A stretch of DNA of 64,000 bases. Source: an uncultured Pelagibacteraceae bacterium. Lineage in GTDB: Bacteria > Pseudomonadota > Alphaproteobacteria > Pelagibacterales > Pelagibacteraceae. Shown here piece by piece: positions 26,401 through 37,775 of this stretch. The position numbers and the translations under genes were made by a program. The notes under the pieces were generated by a model. The model made no database searches. It saw nothing but the letters and a program-made list of their open reading frames with translations, and was not told where the DNA came from. How positions within the stretch are numbered: position 1 is the first letter of the stretch; every line of letters begins with the position of its first letter. The stretch lies in assembly GCA_902562205.1 (NCBI GenBank), contig CACESO010000004.1, positions 6,665 through 70,664 on the forward strand, in the 5' to 3' direction.

Positions 26401-26567
26401 TCCTCTTTTTTTTCAGCAAGAAAAAGAAAAATTAAAAATAAGGCAGTCCACCCGATACCAATCAACCCTTTTTTGATACTAGTTTCAGCGCCCCATAGAT
26501 CGAAAAATAATGCACCAATTACAAGACCTAGTACATAAATAATAATAACTGCTGTTGACTTACTCAT
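26397..26567 (-). CDS. Small two-TM membrane protein (56 aa), hypothetical
   Basis: Hand-read; ATGA overlap with the DUF1289 stop; MSKSTAVIIIYVLGLVIGALFFDLWGAETSIKKGLIGIGWTALFLIFLFLAEKKED. Confidence 0.65.
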   Translation of the reverse strand: MSKSTAVIIIYVLGLVIGALFFDLWGAETSIKKGLIGIGWTALFLIFLFLAEKKED

Positions 26568-26809
26568 TTTAAACTTTTTTTAAATAAAGAAATTCCCTCT
26601 TTAATCTTATTATCATAAGATTTTAAAAATGTATCTAATTGCCATCCTGACATTCTACTTTTTAATTCTTCTAAATTTTTCTTTTTCCATTCATCGTTAG
26701 TTTCCGGGTTTTTCCAGGTGATTTTCTCCTCAGTCTTTCTGGCACAACCGTAGCAATAACCAGTTACAGGATCTGTTTTACAAATACTTATACAAGGCGA
26801 AACAATCAT
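26564..26809 (-). CDS. DUF1289 family Cys-rich protein
   Basis: SPCISICK.D..TGYCYGCAR..EE...W. Confidence 0.82.
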   Translation of the reverse strand: MIVSPCISICKTDPVTGYCYGCARKTEEKITWKNPETNDEWKKKNLEELKSRMSGWQLDTFLKSYDNKIKEGISLFKKSLK

Positions 26810-26892
26810 AAATTTTTAATATTTTTCTCATAATTGCACAATTATTCTAATTGGACAAATTCATTCTATAAGATATAAATCTTTTTTAAATT

Positions 26893-26977
26893 GGGCGAGT
26901 GGCGGAATTGGTAGACGCGTTGGTCTTAGGAACCAATATGGCAACATGTGAAGGTTCGAGTCCTTTCTCGCCTACCA
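26893..26977 (+). tRNA. tRNA-Leu(TAG)
   Basis: GGGCGAG/CTCGCCT acceptor stem, TTGGT-CTTAGGA-ACCAA anticodon arm, long variable arm, GGTTCGAGTCC, encoded CCA. Confidence 0.95.
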
Positions 26978-26984
26978 TATTTTT

Positions 26985-28391
26985 ATGAAAGTTACAGTAG
27001 AAACAAAAAAAGGTCTTGAGAAAAATTTAAAAGTTTTTGTTGATAAAAATACTATTAACAAAGAACTTGATGTGAAGTATGACCAATTAAAAAACGATGT
27101 AGTCCTAAAAGGATTTAGACCAGGAAAAGTTCCAAAAGATTTAATTAAAAGACAATTTGGTAAAGCAATTTACGGTGAGGTTATAGATAAAATTTTAAAA
27201 GAAACTACCACCAAAGCATTAGATGAAAAGAAAATTAAACCTGCCCTTCAACCTAAAATCGATTTGAAACAATTTGGAGAGGGCAAAGATCTTGAATATG
27301 TAATTAGCGTTACAGAGATGCCAAAAGTAAAATTAAATTCTTTAGATAGTATTAAGTTTAAAGAATATAAAGTAAATTTATCTAAAGAGGAGACAGACAA
27401 AAGAATTAAAGAAATTGCATCAAATCAAAAAAATTTTGTTGAAGTTGACCCAGCAAAAGTTGCTAATGAAGGTGATTTAGTTACATTTGATTATAAAGCA
27501 ACAGTAGATGGAAAGGAATTTAAAGGTAGCGAAAGTAAGAATACACAACTGGAACTAGGAAAAGATTTATTCATAAAAGGTTTTGATAAACAACTATTAA
27601 AGGCAAAAAAAAATGAGGAAGTAAAAGTAGAAGCAGTTTTGCCAGAAATCTTTCCGGAAAAAGAATTAGTTGGAAAAAAAGCGATATTCATTTGCAAAAT
27701 CATTTCAGTTAAAAAACATAAACCTTTACCAATTGATGATGAACTTGCAAAAAAACTTGGAGCTAAAGATTTAGCTGATTTAAAAACTTTGGTCTCAAAA
27801 CAATTAAATGACCAATACAAAAACTCCCTTGATCAAATTTCAAAAAATCAAATTTTAGAAGAGATTGAAAATTTTAAGATTGATGAGATCCCAAGCACAT
27901 TAATTGAACAAGAATTGAATATACTCAATCAAGGACTTGAAAAAGAGGCAGTTGAAAAAAATAAAACCAATAATTTAAAGAATGCAAAAAAAAGAATTAA
28001 ACTTGGTTTAATTCTTAATCAAATTGGTGAAGAAAATAATATAAAAGTTGAAAATTTAGAGATTCAATCAGAAATTCAAAAACAAATAGGCATGATGCCT
28101 GGACAAGAAAAGCTTGTTATGGATTATTATCAAAAAAATCCAGAGGCAGCAGCCTCATTGAGAGGAAACATTTATGAACAAAAGATCATTGATTTTATAA
28201 AATCAAAAGCAAAAAAAACTGTCAAAGAAATTGATAAATCAGAAGCAGAAAAAATTTTAAAAGAGGAAAATGAAAAAAACCTAAAAGCTCAATCATCTAC
28301 TAACGTCATAGAAAAAAAGACAAAGTCTCCTGAAAAGAAACCTAAAAAAGCCCCAATTAAAAAAAAAACAAAAAAAGTTAGCAAAAAGTAA
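26985..28391 (+). CDS. tig: Trigger factor
   Basis: GFRPGKVP ribosome-binding motif, FKBP domain (FIKGF), upstream of clpP. Confidence 0.95.
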   Translation: MKVTVETKKGLEKNLKVFVDKNTINKELDVKYDQLKNDVVLKGFRPGKVPKDLIKRQFGKAIYGEVIDKILKETTTKALDEKKIKPALQPKIDLKQFGEGKDLEYVISVTEMPKVKLNSLDSIKFKEYKVNLSKEETDKRIKEIASNQKNFVEVDPAKVANEGDLVTFDYKATVDGKEFKGSESKNTQLELGKDLFIKGFDKQLLKAKKNEEVKVEAVLPEIFPEKELVGKKAIFICKIISVKKHKPLPIDDELAKKLGAKDLADLKTLVSKQLNDQYKNSLDQISKNQILEEIENFKIDEIPSTLIEQELNILNQGLEKEAVEKNKTNNLKNAKKRIKLGLILNQIGEENNIKVENLEIQSEIQKQIGMMPGQEKLVMDYYQKNPEAAASLRGNIYEQKIIDFIKSKAKKTVKEIDKSEAEKILKEENEKNLKAQSSTNVIEKKTKSPEKKPKKAPIKKKTKKVSKK

Positions 28392-28422
28392 TCACAAGTT
28401 GTATAAATGACTGATTCGAAAT

Positions 28423-29034
28423 ATGAGTGAAAAAATCTTAGAGCAAATGAATACTCTGATCCCAATGGTTGTTGAACAATCTAGTAGAGGCGAAAGAGCT
28501 TATGATATTTATTCAAGGTTATTAAAAGAAAGGATAGTTTTTTTAGTTGGTCCAATCAATGATAACGTTGCGTCTTTAGTAACTGCACAACTTTTATTTT
28601 TAGAGTCGGAAAATCCAAAAAAAGAAATTTCTTTATATATTAATAGTCCTGGTGGTTTGGTAACGGCGGGCTTGGGAATTTATGATACTATGCAATATAT
28701 TAAACCTGACGTTTCAACATTATGTATTGGTCAAGCCGCCTCAATGGGATCCTTTCTTTTGGCTGCTGGTGAAAAAGGAAAAAGATTTTCTCTTCCTAAT
28801 TCAAGAATAATGGTCCACCAACCATCTGCAGGTTTTCAAGGTCAGGCAACAGACATAGAGATACATGCTAATGAAGTTCTTTCTCTTAAAAAAAGATTGA
28901 ACCAGATATATTCCAAACATACTGGTAAGAGTGAGGATGAAATTAAGATTGCTCTTGAAAGAGATAACTTTATGACGTCTGAAAACGCTAAAGAATTTGG
29001 TTTGATTGATCAAGTTGTTGAAAAAAGATCATAG
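28423..29034 (+). CDS. clpP: ATP-dependent Clp protease proteolytic subunit
   Basis: [33 protein letters not shown]. Confidence 0.97.
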   Translation: MSEKILEQMNTLIPMVVEQSSRGERAYDIYSRLLKERIVFLVGPINDNVASLVTAQLLFLESENPKKEISLYINSPGGLVTAGLGIYDTMQYIKPDVSTLCIGQAASMGSFLLAAGEKGKRFSLPNSRIMVHQPSAGFQGQATDIEIHANEVLSLKKRLNQIYSKHTGKSEDEIKIALERDNFMTSENAKEFGLIDQVVEKRS

Positions 29035-29136
29035 TATTCCACAAGATATAGCTCATTCCAAACACTACGCTTGCCTCATAAACACATTTTATAATAAAGT
29101 AGTTATAGTGATTCGTTTTAATAATTTAAAAAAAAT

Positions 29137-30411
29137 ATGTCAGGTAGTAAAAACATTTTATACTGTTCTTTTTGTGGCAAAAGCCAACACGAAGTAAGAA
29201 AACTAATAGCAGGTCCAACAGTTTTCATTTGTGATGAATGTGTTGAATTATGTATGGACATAATCAAAGAGGAGAACAAGGATACATTTGTCAAACATCA
29301 AGACGGTTTGCCCTCTCCAAAACAAATTTGTTCAGTTTTAGATGACTATGTTATTGGCCAGCAACTCGCAAAAAAAGTTTTATCTGTAGCAGTTCATAAT
29401 CATTACAAGAGATTAAATTACGAAAATAAAACAAGTAAAAACGTTGAATTAGCTAAATCAAATATATTATTAATTGGCCCAACCGGATGTGGAAAAACTT
29501 TACTAGCGCAAACATTAGCAAGAATACTCGATGTTCCTTTTACAATGGCAGATGCAACAACTTTAACTGAAGCTGGATATGTAGGAGAGGATGTTGAAAA
29601 TATAATTTTAAAACTTTTACAGGCTGCTGATTATAACGTTGAAAAAGCTCAACGAGGAATAGTTTATATAGATGAAGTTGATAAGATTAGCAGAAAATCA
29701 GAAAACCCCTCTATAACGCGAGATGTATCAGGAGAAGGTGTTCAACAAGCATTATTAAAAATAATGGAAGGCACAATCGCAAGTGTACCACCTCAAGGAG
29801 GAAGAAAACACCCACAACAAGAATTTTTACAAGTAGATACGACAAATATTTTGTTTATTTGCGGAGGAGCTTTTGCAGGTCTAGAAAAAATAATTTCGCA
29901 AAGAGATAAAGGATCTTCAATAGGATTTGGAGCAGAAGTTAAAAATACCGAAGACAAGAAAACAGGTGAATGGATGAAAAGTTTGGAGCCAGAGGATTTA
30001 TTAAAATATGGATTGATACCGGAGTTTATAGGTAGACTGCCTATAATAGCAACACTAGAAGATTTAGATGAAAAATCTTTAATAAAAATTTTACAAGAAC
30101 CAAAAAACTCTCTAATTAAACAATATCAAGAATTATTTAAATTAGAAGGAGCCAAACTTGTATTTAAAGATACGGCAATAAAAGAGATAGCTCAAAAAGC
30201 AATTAATAAAAAAACAGGAGCGAGAGGGTTAAGATCGATTTTAGAAAACGTACTTTTAAAAACAATGTTTGATCTACCAAGTTTGGAAAATGTAAATGAA
30301 GTCATAGTCGATTCAGGTGCGGCTAAAGGGCAAAGTCAACCAATTATTGTCCACTCAAAAAATGCTCAAAAAGATAAAGATAAAGATAAATCCAAAACTT
30401 CTGCCGCATAA
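29137..30411 (+). CDS. clpX: Clp protease ATP-binding subunit ClpX
   Basis: CSFCGK..CDEC zinc finger, [11 protein letters not shown] loop, GARGLR. Confidence 0.97.
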   Translation: MSGSKNILYCSFCGKSQHEVRKLIAGPTVFICDECVELCMDIIKEENKDTFVKHQDGLPSPKQICSVLDDYVIGQQLAKKVLSVAVHNHYKRLNYENKTSKNVELAKSNILLIGPTGCGKTLLAQTLARILDVPFTMADATTLTEAGYVGEDVENIILKLLQAADYNVEKAQRGIVYIDEVDKISRKSENPSITRDVSGEGVQQALLKIMEGTIASVPPQGGRKHPQQEFLQVDTTNILFICGGAFAGLEKIISQRDKGSSIGFGAEVKNTEDKKTGEWMKSLEPEDLLKYGLIPEFIGRLPIIATLEDLDEKSLIKILQEPKNSLIKQYQELFKLEGAKLVFKDTAIKEIAQKAINKKTGARGLRSILENVLLKTMFDLPSLENVNEVIVDSGAAKGQSQPIIVHSKNAQKDKDKDKSKTSAA

Positions 30412-30438
30412 ATTAAGTTAACAAACGATAAATAAGTA

Positions 30439-30465
30439 TTGCAAATTTTAATTTAATATCCATAT
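30439..30465 (+). promoter_or_regulatory. Putative RpoH (sigma32)-type promoter for lon
   Basis: TTGCAA-N15-CCATAT ending 7 nt before the lon ATG. Confidence 0.4.
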
Positions 30466-30472
30466 TTATATC

Positions 30473-32860
30473 ATGGAAATGAAATTTAATTTACCGCTAT
30501 TACCTTTAAGAGACATAGTAGTTTTCCCGAATATGGTAATTCCATTGTTTGTTGGAAGAGATAAATCAATTAATGCTCTTAATGAGGTAATGAAAAAAGA
30601 AAAGAAAATTATTTTAGTAACACAAAAGAATTCAGAAGTTGACGATCCTACTAAGAATGATGTTTTTACATATGGATGTGAAAGTAATATTCTTCAGCTT
30701 TTAAAATTACCAGACGGTACAGTTAAAGTTCTTGTGGAGGGAATTAATAGAGCAAAAATAACTGATTATAGCGATAACAAAGATTTTATAACTTGCTCAT
30801 ATGAAAAAGTTAACGATCTAATAAATAAAGAGGAAGATTTGATGCAAACAGCTCTTTTTGCTGTTAAAAAACTTGAGAAGTTAACTTCAATCAATAAAAA
30901 AATTTCAAGTGAAACAATTAATAATATTAAAATTTTGAAGGATCCATCAAAGATTGCAGATAACATTGCTTCACACTTGAATGCATCAATATCAGAAAAA
31001 CAGCAAATTTTCGAAACTCAAGATGTTAAAAAGAGACTTAATCTTGTTATAAAAATAATGGAAAACGAAACAAGTATTATTGGTGTGGAAAAAAGAATTA
31101 GAGGTAGAGTAAAGACCCAAATGGAAAAAACACAACGAGAGTATTACTTGAATGAGCAACTTAAAGCCATACAAAAAGAGTTAGGTGAAATCGAAGATGG
31201 AAAAGACGAGACATCGAATTTAAATAAAGCGATTCTTAAAGCTAAAATGCCTAAAGATGTTGAAAAAAAATGTCTTTCTGAATTAAAAAAATTAAAGAAT
31301 ATGAGTCCAATGTCAGCTGAAGCTACAGTTGTAAGAAATTATTTGGATTGGATGATAGATTTACCATGGTTTAAAAAAGACAAAATAGAGATAGATTTAA
31401 ATAAAGCTCAAAAAGTTTTAGATGAAGATCATTTTGGTTTAGAAAAGGTTAAAGAGAGAATTATAGAATTTTTAGCTGTTCAAAAAAGAATGAATAAATT
31501 AAAAGGTCCGATCTTATGTTTAGTTGGTCCTCCAGGAGTTGGAAAAACATCTCTTGGTAAATCAATTGCAAAAGCAACTAATAGACAGTTTGTCAGAATG
31601 TCATTAGGTGGGGTACGAGATGAAGCGGAGGTCCGTGGCCACAGAAGAACTTACATTGGATCTTTGCCTGGAAAAATTATTCAAATGATGAAGAAAGCAG
31701 GAACAAAGAACCCTTTGTTCTTACTTGATGAAATTGACAAGGTTGGAAATGATTATAGAGGTGACCCATCTTCAGCTTTATTAGAAGCCCTTGACCCAGA
31801 GCAAAATACCACTTTTAATGATCATTATTTAGAAGTGGACTATGATTTATCTGATGTATTATTTGTAACTACAGCAAACACTTTAAATATATTGCCACCA
31901 CTGTTAGATAGAATGGAAGTAATTAGAATTCCAGGCTACACCGAGGATGAAAAAATAAATATAGCTAACAAATATTTATTACCGAAACAAATTAAAGACA
32001 ATGGTGTGAAAGATGGAGAGATGAATTTATCTGATGGCACCATAAAAGATATCATTAGATATTACACCAGAGAGTCAGGTGTAAGAAATCTTGAAAGAGA
32101 AATTTCTAAAATTACTCGAAAGGTAGTAAAAAAAGTAGTCAATAATGAGAGTAAAGATGTAACTGTTAACGATAAAAATTTAGGTGATTTTTTAGGAGTC
32201 AAAAAATTTAAGTTTGGTGAACTAGAAGAGCAAAATAAAATAGGAATTGTAACAGGACTTGCCTGGACCGAGTTTGGTGGTGAAATTTTAAAAATTGAAA
32301 CTGTTAATATGCCAGGAAAGGGTCGTATGCAAATTACAGGAAAACTAGGTGATGTTATGCAAGAGTCAGTTAAAGCAGCAAAATCTTTTGTTAGATCTAA
32401 ATGTTTAGAATTTGGAATTATTCCACCAACATTTGAGAAAAAGGATTTTCATATTCACGTCCCAGAGGGAGCCACTCCAAAAGATGGTCCATCTGCTGGT
32501 ATAGCAATGGTAACATCAATTGTATCGTCAATTACAAAAATTCCTGTAAAAAGAGAAATTGCAATGACTGGTGAGGTTACTATAACAGGTCAAGTTTTAC
32601 CAATTGGTGGATTAAAGGAGAAACTGTTAGCAGCCCACAGAGCAGGAATAAAACAAGTATTGATTCCAAAAGATAATGAGAAAAATTTAGTTGATATTCC
32701 AAAAAAAGTCATTGATGATATCAAAATTACTCCAGTTAATTCAGCAGATGAAGTTTTAAAAATAGCTTTAACAAAAGAACTAAAACCAACTGACTGGGTT
32801 GAAGTAGATAAAATTTCTGATAATAAAAAATCTGAAAAAACCCAAGCAAGTATTCAATAA
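30473..32860 (+). CDS. lon: Lon protease
   Basis: LPLRDIVVFP, GPPGVGKTS, KDGPSAG catalytic Ser, IGGLKEK. Confidence 0.97.
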   Translation: MEMKFNLPLLPLRDIVVFPNMVIPLFVGRDKSINALNEVMKKEKKIILVTQKNSEVDDPTKNDVFTYGCESNILQLLKLPDGTVKVLVEGINRAKITDYSDNKDFITCSYEKVNDLINKEEDLMQTALFAVKKLEKLTSINKKISSETINNIKILKDPSKIADNIASHLNASISEKQQIFETQDVKKRLNLVIKIMENETSIIGVEKRIRGRVKTQMEKTQREYYLNEQLKAIQKELGEIEDGKDETSNLNKAILKAKMPKDVEKKCLSELKKLKNMSPMSAEATVVRNYLDWMIDLPWFKKDKIEIDLNKAQKVLDEDHFGLEKVKERIIEFLAVQKRMNKLKGPILCLVGPPGVGKTSLGKSIAKATNRQFVRMSLGGVRDEAEVRGHRRTYIGSLPGKIIQMMKKAGTKNPLFLLDEIDKVGNDYRGDPSSALLEALDPEQNTTFNDHYLEVDYDLSDVLFVTTANTLNILPPLLDRMEVIRIPGYTEDEKINIANKYLLPKQIKDNGVKDGEMNLSDGTIKDIIRYYTRESGVRNLEREISKITRKVVKKVVNNESKDVTVNDKNLGDFLGVKKFKFGELEEQNKIGIVTGLAWTEFGGEILKIETVNMPGKGRMQITGKLGDVMQESVKAAKSFVRSKCLEFGIIPPTFEKKDFHIHVPEGATPKDGPSAGIAMVTSIVSSITKIPVKREIAMTGEVTITGQVLPIGGLKEKLLAAHRAGIKQVLIPKDNEKNLVDIPKKVIDDIKITPVNSADEVLKIALTKELKPTDWVEVDKISDNKKSEKTQASIQ

Positions 32861-32910
32861 TTAGCAATTTACATTATCTCCCCACTGTTGTATTAGTAAA
32901 TCACTTTGGA

Positions 32911-32986
32911 GGGCGGTTAGCTCAGTTGGTAGAGCATCTCGTTTACACCGAGGGGGTCAAAGGTTCGAGTCCTTTACCGCCCACCA
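32911..32986 (+). tRNA. tRNA-Val(TAC)
   Basis: GGGCGGT/ACCGCCC acceptor stem, TTTACAC anticodon loop, GGTTCGAGTCC, CCA. Confidence 0.96.
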
Positions 32987-32999
32987 AAATAAAACACTT

Positions 33000-33076
33000 G
33001 GGGGTGTAGCTCAGTTGGTTAGAGCGATCGCCTGTCACGCGATAGGTCGCGGGTTCGAGTCCCGTCACTCCCGCCA
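33000..33076 (+). tRNA. tRNA-Asp(GTC)
   Basis: GGGGGTG/CACTCCC acceptor stem, CTGTCAC anticodon loop, GGTTCGAGTCC, CCA. Confidence 0.96.
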
Positions 33077-33080
33077 GTTT

Positions 33081-33097
33081 TTGATAATAATTATCAA
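33081..33097. promoter_or_regulatory. Perfect palindrome matching the Fur-box 7-1-7 core, upstream of nuoA
   Basis: TTGATAAT-A-ATTATCAA. Confidence 0.5.
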
Positions 33098-33177
33098 TAA
33101 CACAAATCATTCAATAAATTAGCCCCCAATAACGTGACTTAACTGCACTTTCAATTAATCAAAAAGATTATATATAA

Positions 33178-33552
33178 ATGTATATGTATGGAGATTTTTT
33201 AAATAACTATCTAACAATCGTAATATTTTTTGGAGTTGCACTCCTTCTCAGTATTGGATTTATTTTTCTAAATTTTGTGTTTGCGCCTAAAAACCCTGAT
33301 CCAGAAAAACTATCTGCTTACGAGTGTGGTTTTGAACCTTTTAATGACTCCAGAATGGAGTTTGATGTTAGATTTTATTTAGTGGCAATACTATTTATAA
33401 TATTTGATTTAGAAATAGCTTTCCTTTTTCCATGGGCAATTTCTTTAGGTAAAATTGGAATATTTGGCTTTATATCAATGATGATATTTTTATTTATTTT
33501 AACTGTAGGATTTATTTATGAGTGGAAGAAAGGGGCTTTAGACTGGGAATGA
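33178..33552 (+). CDS. nuoA: NADH-quinone oxidoreductase subunit A
   Basis: [33 protein letters not shown]. Confidence 0.96.
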   Translation: MYMYGDFLNNYLTIVIFFGVALLLSIGFIFLNFVFAPKNPDPEKLSAYECGFEPFNDSRMEFDVRFYLVAILFIIFDLEIAFLFPWAISLGKIGIFGFISMMIFLFILTVGFIYEWKKGALDWE

Positions 33553-34070
33553 ATTTAAAAGAAAAAGAAGATCAAATTCCAAAAGAATTTAAACAACTTG
33601 CTAAAGATTTTGCCGATAAAGGTTTTATAACAACTTCTTTAGACAATTTGGTCAATTGGGCTAGAACAGGTTCATTACATTGGATGACATTTGGACTTGC
33701 TTGTTGTGCGGTTGAAATGATGCAAACATCTATGCCAAGGTATGACCTAGAGAGATTTGGAGCTGCTCCAAGAGCATCACCAAGACAATCAGATGTAATG
33801 ATTGTTGCTGGAACTTTAACTAATAAAATGGCTCCAGCATTAAGAAAAGTTTATGATCAAATGCCGGAACCTAGATATGTGATATCAATGGGGAGCTGTG
33901 CAAATGGCGGTGGTTATTATCATTATTCATATTCAGTTGTAAGAGGATGCGATAGAGTTGTTCCAGTTGATGTTTATGTACCAGGATGCCCTCCTTCAGC
34001 TGAGGCTTTATTATATGGGATAATGCAATTACAAAAAAAGATAAGAGACCAAGGTTCAATAAGTAGATAA
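33549..34070 (+). CDS. nuoB: NADH-quinone oxidoreductase subunit B
   Basis: Start moved to ATG 33549 (ATGA overlap); [23 protein letters not shown]. Confidence 0.96.
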   Translation: MNLKEKEDQIPKEFKQLAKDFADKGFITTSLDNLVNWARTGSLHWMTFGLACCAVEMMQTSMPRYDLERFGAAPRASPRQSDVMIVAGTLTNKMAPALRKVYDQMPEPRYVISMGSCANGGGYYHYSYSVVRGCDRVVPVDVYVPGCPPSAEALLYGIMQLQKKIRDQGSISR

Positions 34071-34666
34071 TGTTAAACAATACAGATCTAGAAAAAAAAT
34101 TAAATTCAGAACTTAATACTAAGGTGAGTTCGTCAAAAATTGTCCATGAAACATTAAATGTTTCAATTGAAAAAGATGATTTAAAAGATGTTCTTTTATT
34201 TTTAAAATCAAATCCTGAAATGAAATTCAAGCAACTAATAGATATAACTGCAGTAGATTACCCAAATAAAAAAAATAGATTTAGGATGATTTATTTGTTG
34301 CTTAGCCATGAGTTTAACAAAAGAATAATTATTGATTTTCCTTTAAATGAAAATGAAAAAGTTTTTTCAATAACAAGTATTTTTCCATCTGCAAATTGGA
34401 TGGAACGAGAAGTTTTTGATATGTACGGGATTGATTTTCAAGATCATCCAGATTTAAGAAGAATTTTGACAGACTATGAATTTGAAGGATATCCACTAAG
34501 AAAAGATTTTCCAATCACTGGACATAAAGAGGTTAGATATAGCGAAGAGAAGAAAAAAGTAATTTATGAACCAGTAAAGTTAGAGCAAGATTACAGAAAC
34601 TTTGATTACAATAGCCCGTGGCAAGGGACTGAATATATTAAACAAATAAAAAAAAACGATGAGTAA
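34070..34666 (+). CDS. nuoC: NADH-quinone oxidoreductase subunit C
   Basis: [31 protein letters not shown]. Confidence 0.96.
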   Translation: MLNNTDLEKKLNSELNTKVSSSKIVHETLNVSIEKDDLKDVLLFLKSNPEMKFKQLIDITAVDYPNKKNRFRMIYLLLSHEFNKRIIIDFPLNENEKVFSITSIFPSANWMEREVFDMYGIDFQDHPDLRRILTDYEFEGYPLRKDFPITGHKEVRYSEEKKKVIYEPVKLEQDYRNFDYNSPWQGTEYIKQIKKNDE

Positions 34667-35834
34667 ACAAACAAAAACATTAAATCTCAATTTTGGTCCT
34701 CAACATCCAGCTGCGCATGGAGTTTTAAGATTGATATTAGAGTTGGATGGAGAAGTCGTAGAAAAAGCTGATCCACATATTGGTTTGCTTCATAGGGGTA
34801 CAGAAAAATTAATTGAAAACAAAACATATTCCCAGGCAATACCTTATTTCGATAGACTTGATTATGTAGCTCCGATGAATCAAGAACATGCTTTCGCTTT
34901 AGCTATTGAAAAAATTTTGGACATTGAAGTTCCAATTAGAGGTCAATACATTAGAGTTATTTTTTGTGAGATTGGAAGAATTTTAAGCCATATACTAAAC
35001 ATCACTACACAAGCTTTAGACGTTGGTGCCTTAACACCTTCGTTATGGGGTTTTGAGGAGCGAGAAAAACTTATGGAATTTTATGAAAGAGTTTCAGGAT
35101 CAAGATTGCATGCCAACTATTTTAGACCAGGAGGTGTTCATCAGGACTTACCAAGAGGACTCGACTCTGATATTTTGAAATTTTGTAATGAATTCCCAAA
35201 GATAATTGACGATTTAGAAACTTTACTAACTGATAACAGAATTTTTAAACAAAGAAATGTTGATATTGGAATAGTTTCAAAAGATGATGCATTAGACTAT
35301 TCATTCTCAGGTGTAATGATGAGAGGTTCAGGTGTACCATGGGATTTAAGAAAATCTCAACCTTATGATTGTTACGAACAATTATCATTTAAGGTGCCAA
35401 TAGGGAAAAACGGAGATTGTTACGACAGATACCTTTGTAGAGTTGAAGAAATGCGAGAAAGTGTAAAAATAATTAAACAATGTTTAGAGCAATTACCAAA
35501 AGGACCTGTAAAATCCCAAGATAATAAGATTACCCCTCCACCTAAAAAAGAAATTAAAGAGTCGATGGAAGCATTAATTCATCACTTTAAATTATTTACA
35601 GAAGGCTACAGGGTAAAAAAAGATGAGATTTATACTGCAGTGGAAGCACCTAAGGGTGAATTTGGTGTTTACTTAATCTCTGATGGTTCAAGCAAACCAT
35701 ATAAATGTAAAATCAGAGCACCTGGATTTTCTCATCTTCAAGCAATGGATTATTTAATTAAAGGACACATGTTAGCTGATGTACCGGCTGTATTAGGTTC
35801 ATTAGATATCGTGTTCGGGGAAATAGACAGATGA
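34659..35834 (+). CDS. nuoD: NADH-quinone oxidoreductase subunit D
   Basis: [34 protein letters not shown]. Confidence 0.97.
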   Translation: MSKQTKTLNLNFGPQHPAAHGVLRLILELDGEVVEKADPHIGLLHRGTEKLIENKTYSQAIPYFDRLDYVAPMNQEHAFALAIEKILDIEVPIRGQYIRVIFCEIGRILSHILNITTQALDVGALTPSLWGFEEREKLMEFYERVSGSRLHANYFRPGGVHQDLPRGLDSDILKFCNEFPKIIDDLETLLTDNRIFKQRNVDIGIVSKDDALDYSFSGVMMRGSGVPWDLRKSQPYDCYEQLSFKVPIGKNGDCYDRYLCRVEEMRESVKIIKQCLEQLPKGPVKSQDNKITPPPKKEIKESMEALIHHFKLFTEGYRVKKDEIYTAVEAPKGEFGVYLISDGSSKPYKCKIRAPGFSHLQAMDYLIKGHMLADVPAVLGSLDIVFGEIDR

Positions 35835-36439
35835 GTTTAAAAAAAATTTCAAAAGATCAACCTGAAAAATTTGAATTTGATCAACAAAGTTTAGAATCTG
35901 CAAAAAAAATCTTATCAAATTATCCTAAGGGAAAAGAGAAAAGTGCTGTTATGGCTTTACTTTATATTGCTCAAAGGCAAAACAATAACTGGATACCTTT
36001 ATCGGCAATTAAATATATCGCTAAGTTTTTAAATATGCCTTACATAAAAGTCTACGAAGTGGCCACTTTTTATTCAATGTATAATCTTTCACCTGTGGGA
36101 AATTTTCATGTCCAAATTTGTACTACAACTCCATGTATGATTAGAGGAGCGTATAAGATTGTAGATGTATGTAAAAAGAAAATATCTGAAAAAGAAAATG
36201 TGTTATCTGAAAATGGAAATTGTTCTTGGACAGAGGTAGAATGTCTTGGTGCATGTATAAATGCCCCAATGATGCAAATCAATAATGATTATTACGAGGA
36301 TTTAGATATTAAACAAAGTGAAAAAATTATCGATGAAGTGCTTATGGGCAAAAAACCAAAACCAGGATCATATAGAGGAAGAATTAACTCAGAACCTGAA
36401 AATAACAGAAAAACATTATTGGATTTAAAAAATGCTTAG
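35831..36439 (+). CDS. nuoE: NADH-quinone oxidoreductase subunit E
   Basis: [21 protein letters not shown]. Confidence 0.96.
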   Translation: MSLKKISKDQPEKFEFDQQSLESAKKILSNYPKGKEKSAVMALLYIAQRQNNNWIPLSAIKYIAKFLNMPYIKVYEVATFYSMYNLSPVGNFHVQICTTTPCMIRGAYKIVDVCKKKISEKENVLSENGNCSWTEVECLGACINAPMMQINNDYYEDLDIKQSEKIIDEVLMGKKPKPGSYRGRINSEPENNRKTLLDLKNA

Positions 36440-37775
36440 AGACGAAGATAGAATATTTAAAAATTTGTATAATGATTTAGGAGCTGACTTAAACTCTTCA
36501 AAAAAAAGAGGTGATTGGACAAATACTAAGGATTTATGTGAAAAAGGTAGAGATTGGATTATTGATGAAATTAAAAAATCAGAATTAAGAGGGAGAGGTG
36601 GCGCAGGTTTCCCCACAGGGTTAAAATGGTCATTTGCACCTAAAGAAGTTGGATCAAGGCCTCATTACCTTGTTATTAACGCAGATGAGTCCGAACCTGG
36701 AACTTGTAAAGATAGGGATATTCTAAGATTTGAACCTCACAAACTTTTAGAAGGTTGTTTAATAGCAGCTTACGCTGTTAACTCACATAAATGTTATATT
36801 TATCTAAGGGGCGAATATTATAACGAGGGCGTAGAATTACAAAAAGCAATTGATGAAGCTTATAAAGATAATTTAATTGGTAAAAATGCTTCTGGAACTG
36901 GTTGGGATTTAGATATTTACATTCATTACGGAGCTGGAGCGTACATTTGTGGTGAAGAAACAGCTTTGCTTGAAAGTATAGAGGGTAATAAGGGTCAACC
37001 AAGATTGAAACCACCTTTTCCTGCATTAGTTGGATTATATGGTTGCCCAACTATAGTTAATAATGTTGAAACTGTTTCGGTTGTTCCTACAATTTTAAGA
37101 AAAGGTTCTAAATGGTTTGCATCATTAGGCAAACCAAAAAATACTGGTACTAAAATTTTTTGTATTTCTGGAAATGTAAACAAACCTTGCAATGTTGAGG
37201 AAGAAATGGGTATTCCTTTAAAAGATTTAATTGATACTCATGCTGGTGGAGTAGTAGGTGGATGGGAAAATTTACAAGCAGTCATACCTGGCGGTTCTTC
37301 TATGCCTTTGTTAAATAAAGAAATTTCAGAAAAGATAACTATGGATTTTGATTCATTAGTAGAAAATAAAAGTGGGTTAGGGACCGCAGGAATAGTAGTC
37401 ATTAACAAAGATCAAGATATTATTAAATGTTTTGCGAGGATTGCTCGATTTTATAAACATGAAAGTTGTGGTCAATGTACCCCTTGTAGAGAAGGTTCAG
37501 GTTGGATGTGGAGAATTTTAGAAAGAATGGCTAAAGGTGAAGCATCAAGAGAAGAAGTTGAAATGTTATTTGATGTTACAAAACAAATAGAAGGTCATAC
37601 TATTTGTGCTTTCGGTGAAGGATCAGCTTGGCCAGTGCAAGGTCTTTTGAGAAATTTTAAAAAAGAGATAATAAAAAGAAATAATTTTGATCCACTAATT
37701 AAATCAAATAAAGATATCCCATACCTTGTAGATCAACACTTGTTAGAAAAAGATAATGCCCAAAATAAAAGTTAA
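36432..37775 (+). CDS. nuoF: NADH-quinone oxidoreductase subunit F
   Basis: [39 protein letters not shown]. Confidence 0.97.
   Translation: MLRDEDRIFKNLYNDLGADLNSSKKRGDWTNTKDLCEKGRDWIIDEIKKSELRGRGGAGFPTGLKWSFAPKEVGSRPHYLVINADESEPGTCKDRDILRFEPHKLLEGCLIAAYAVNSHKCYIYLRGEYYNEGVELQKAIDEAYKDNLIGKNASGTGWDLDIYIHYGAGAYICGEETALLESIEGNKGQPRLKPPFPALVGLYGCPTIVNNVETVSVVPTILRKGSKWFASLGKPKNTGTKIFCISGNVNKPCNVEEEMGIPLKDLIDTHAGGVVGGWENLQAVIPGGSSMPLLNKEISEKITMDFDSLVENKSGLGTAGIVVINKDQDIIKCFARIARFYKHESCGQCTPCREGSGWMWRILERMAKGEASREEVEMLFDVTKQIEGHTICAFGEGSAWPVQGLLRNFKKEIIKRNNFDPLIKSNKDIPYLVDQHLLEKDNAQNKS

Noticed and set aside
30369-30390. Short tandem repeat (AAAGAT)x3 at the end of clpX, and the Lys-rich tail of tig
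   Set aside because: These are in-frame low-complexity tails (KDKDKDK), not repeat elements or CRISPR.
26893-33076. tRNA genes as possible integration sites for an island or prophage
   Set aside because: No integrase, no duplicated tRNA 3' end and no phage or IS genes were seen; the flanking genes are housekeeping or small cellular genes.
33081-33097. FNR/FixK box reading of TTGAT...ATCAA
   Set aside because: The spacer is 7 nt, not the required 4 nt; kept only as a Fur-like palindrome.
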